Part shown: in pieces, positions 61,223-64,000 of the stretch
Numbering within the stretch: position 1 is the first letter of the stretch
Layout: each line of letters begins with the position of its first letter
Source of the DNA: Marsupella aquatica
Taxonomy: Eukaryota > Plantae > Marchantiophyta
Assembly: GCA_973895155.1 (NCBI GenBank)
Contig: OZ316898.1
Location: 4,154,480-4,218,479 of the forward strand
DNA: 64,000 nt
Direction: 5' to 3'
Made by a program: the position numbers and the translations under genes
The notes under the pieces: model-generated
Database searches by the model: none
What the model saw: only the letters and a program-made list of their open reading frames with translations
Told to the model about the DNA's origin: nothing

Positions 61223-64000
61223 TATTGGGTATTTATTCTTATGTCTAGGTTAGGTATGACGTGGTTGGTACAACAACGTGGGTTGGTACAATAACATGGT
61301 TTGGTACAACTACATGGTTAGGTACAACAATGTGGTTAGAACTACATGATTAGGTACAACAATGTGGTTAGGTTAACTAAGTTGCAGACTATATCATAAG
61401 AGGCGCGTGTGCTTGGAGAGAGAGAACCAAGGCTCATTGTTATGGAGCCACTTGAGAGATAGGGAGAGCTTGCACTGTGGAGACTCGGTATAGCCGACGG
61501 GCTTAGAGTTTAGTAAAGCTCTCTTGTGTGTTCCCGTGGACGTAGCCTCAAGGAGGTGAACCACGTATCTCTTGTGTCGACTACTTGCATGTTGGATATG
61601 TCATGTGCTTACCGTTGCGATTATCGTCTATACTCAACAATTGGTATCAGAGCATACCTGGAAGGTGACGTGTATTCGTGACGGGATTTCGTGACGGTTT
61701 TTTCCAGCGTTGAGTGTCGGTGGATTTCCTAGAGTTCCGTCGCATGGAACTTGGAGTTTATGGGCTCAACGGATAGATCAGGGCAAGGGCTTTCTAACCG
61801 TGTGAATAAATCGCTGAATGGAGCTCGTGGTGCGGAAAGATCTAAGTTTTTGTCGTTCTGGATTTTGTGAAGAAAGTCGGCAACATTCGTGTTCGATGGT
61901 TTTTTGGAGGAGGGACCAGAGTTTATTTTCTCGACGGTGTGAGCTCTACGGCGAAGGAAGCGTCGCATGTTATAGCTCCATTTGTAGATTGGGATGAGCT
62001 AATCATTTCGGTAGCTGGTTTGTTGTCGAGTGTGTAACGAGTACGTCACAATGAGCAAAAGAAGCGTTCTGATTTTTTGACCGGCTATGGAGTCTTCTTT
62101 TGCCTTAGTGGGGTTTCTTGTTGTTGCAATCGACTCGGAGGGAGAAGCGTCAAGTGTTTTGACTCAACGTAGAGATTGAGGCAAGACAATTGCTTTGAGT
62201 CCGGGATTGGCTCTTGATGCGAAGAGGAAGGCTAAGAAAAATCATTTACCTTGTTGGACTTGGTGATGGCATCGAGTGCACGCAATTCATCAACATTCGT
62301 TGTTGACAAGCATTGGAAAACTAGGCTCGTGGGCTACGTGGCAGTGATAACCTTTGAGTTTTTTGAGAAGTTAAGAAAAACGTCATTTTTTCTTGATTTC
62401 TCACATGAGTGACTTGGAGGAGAGTTCTATTGAGTCACCGGAGAGAACAGAGGAGGAAGCAAAAGATCTAGCGGAATTGTGGTCACCGGTATTGCGGCGA
62501 GTGACAAGAAAAAGGATGGGGACAATCAAGCTTGGAGGTCCCAAGTTTGAGGTTACAAAATACGATGGCCGCACGGACTACTTGTTGTGGGAGTGACAAG
62601 TGAAGGGGGTACTCCGTGCAACCGGGCTTGGGAAATTGCTGAAGGACCAGCCAAATGATGTCGACAATGATGATTGGCAGGACATGCAGGAGCAGGCTGT
62701 GAGCACCGTGATGCTCTATCTTCAGCCTAATGTCATCAAGCAATTGGCAGACCATGTCAATTGTGCATCATTGTTTGCCGCGTTGGAGCAAAAGTACCAT
62801 CAAAAGGAGCTATCGAATCAGCTCTACACATCTTTGAAGCTTATGAGCTTCAAGATGAAGGAGGGAAGTGCAAAGATTCAGGACCATAACGATGGTTTCA
62901 ACGACCTGGTCATTGATTTGCAAAATCTGGGGGAGGATTTGAGTGATGAGCGGCAGGCTCTTCACTTGCTTAGCTCTTTACCCTTGTCGTATCAGTCATT
63001 GTCACGAGTGCTGCTTCATCGTGACAGGAAGACTATCACTTACAATGAAGTTGTAAGTGCTCTGTTGACTGATGACTTGCAATGGAAATTGACCATGCCC
63101 TCTCAGCCATCATCGTCGTCTGGTGCTGCCTTGAATGTGAATCGTGGGAGGTCATAGAAGCATCCAGAGCACCACACGAATGGCAAGGGAAGAAGTAAAT
63201 CTAGGACAAGATTTGCTTCAAGGGGAAAGTCCCAAGAGAGGAAGCCGGTGGTATGCTGGAAGTGTGGCAAGACTGGCCACATTAAGAGGGATTGTAAGGG
63301 TAAGGTAGCTGAATCTTCATCAGCCAATGTGGCTAGTGTTGATGGAGAAGTTGATTTACTCAACGATGAGTATGTTTTATGAAGTCAGGAGTATGCCCTG
63401 TGCACATCATCTAGGAGAGCAAATAATGTGTGGATTCTTGATTGTGCTTGCTCCTTTCACATTTGTTACATTCGCGAGTATTTCAATTCTTATTCTGTGT
63501 CAAACGGTTCAGTTTTGATGGGAAATGATCACTCCTGTCAAGTTGAGGGTATTGGGTCTGTAAAGATTCAAATGTTTGATGGCATTGTGCGCACAGTGTC
63601 CGTACCTGGCATGCATAAGAATTTGATTTCACTTGGTGTGTTGGATACAAATGGTCATCAATGGCGAGTAATTGATGGTGAACTTCAAGTCATGTCGGGA
63701 GAGACAGTGATTTTGAAGGGGCGTAGACAAAAGAATTTGTATGTGTTGCAAGGCAATACAGTATGTGAAGAGGCCAATGTGACCAAGTTTCACGAGGAAA
63801 TGACTCAACTGTTGCATTCACGGCTAGGCCACATGAGTGAGAAGGGTTTGGCTATCTTGCAGAAGAATGGGCTCATTTCTGATTTGCAATCTTGTAAATT
63901 GGATTTCTGTGAGTATTGCATTTTTGGAAAGCAGCATCGTCGTGCTTTCGGTGTTGGAACTCATCATTCCAAAGCGGTTCTTGAGTACATACATAGTGAT
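61223..64000 (+). mobile_element. Ty1/copia (Tnt1-like) LTR retrotransposon, 5' part
   Basis: LTR at about 61223-61639, homologous to 24504-24826 (start TATTGGG versus TGTTGGG, end CTCAACA). PBS TGGTATCAGAGC at 61642-61653, then leader and gag-pol. Confidence 0.92.
62516..64000 (+). pseudogene. Copia gag-pol, disrupted and truncated by the window edge
   Basis: KFEVTKYDGRTDY, LLSSLPLSY, zinc knuckle CWKCGKTGHIKRDC, protease WILD...SFHIC, GAG-pre-integrase HSRLGHMSEKG...CEYCIFGKQHR and the start of integrase LEYIHSD. Stops at 62594 and 63155, plus frameshifts. Confidence 0.92.

Overview
Eukaryotic DNA with GT-AG introns and plant-type transposons; a non-seed land plant is my inference only. 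About 75% of the window is nested transposable elements and no host gene can be supported. Left to right: (1) a CACTA/En-Spm element whose left end is outside the window and whose right TIR ends at 9874; it has a decayed TnpD, a TnpA-like gene and two apparent cargo genes (tandem-BRCT and F-box-like). (2) A Mutator-like element with two convergent genes and a strand-polarised intronic motif. (3) An internally deleted Ty1/copia element (TSD TTTTA) holding a probable solo LTR with AGT...ACT ends. (4) About 12 kb of non-coding, host-like sequence. (5) A 21.7 kb DNA transposon (37431-59176, TIR CCCTGGG(G)AATCA, 8-bp TSD) encoding a decayed P-element-like DDE transposase; three 8-bp-TSD MITEs in the window have related TIRs. 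(6) Nested inside it, a complete CACTA element (44792-55686, TSD AGC) with an intact TnpD reading frame and a SET-domain exon in the first transposase intron, spliceable in phase to the transposase N-terminal exon. (7) A second copia element running off the right edge. The best candidates for novelty are the CACTA-encoded SET isoform and the P-like transposon with its MITE family. All coordinates and motifs were read by eye; no searches were run.
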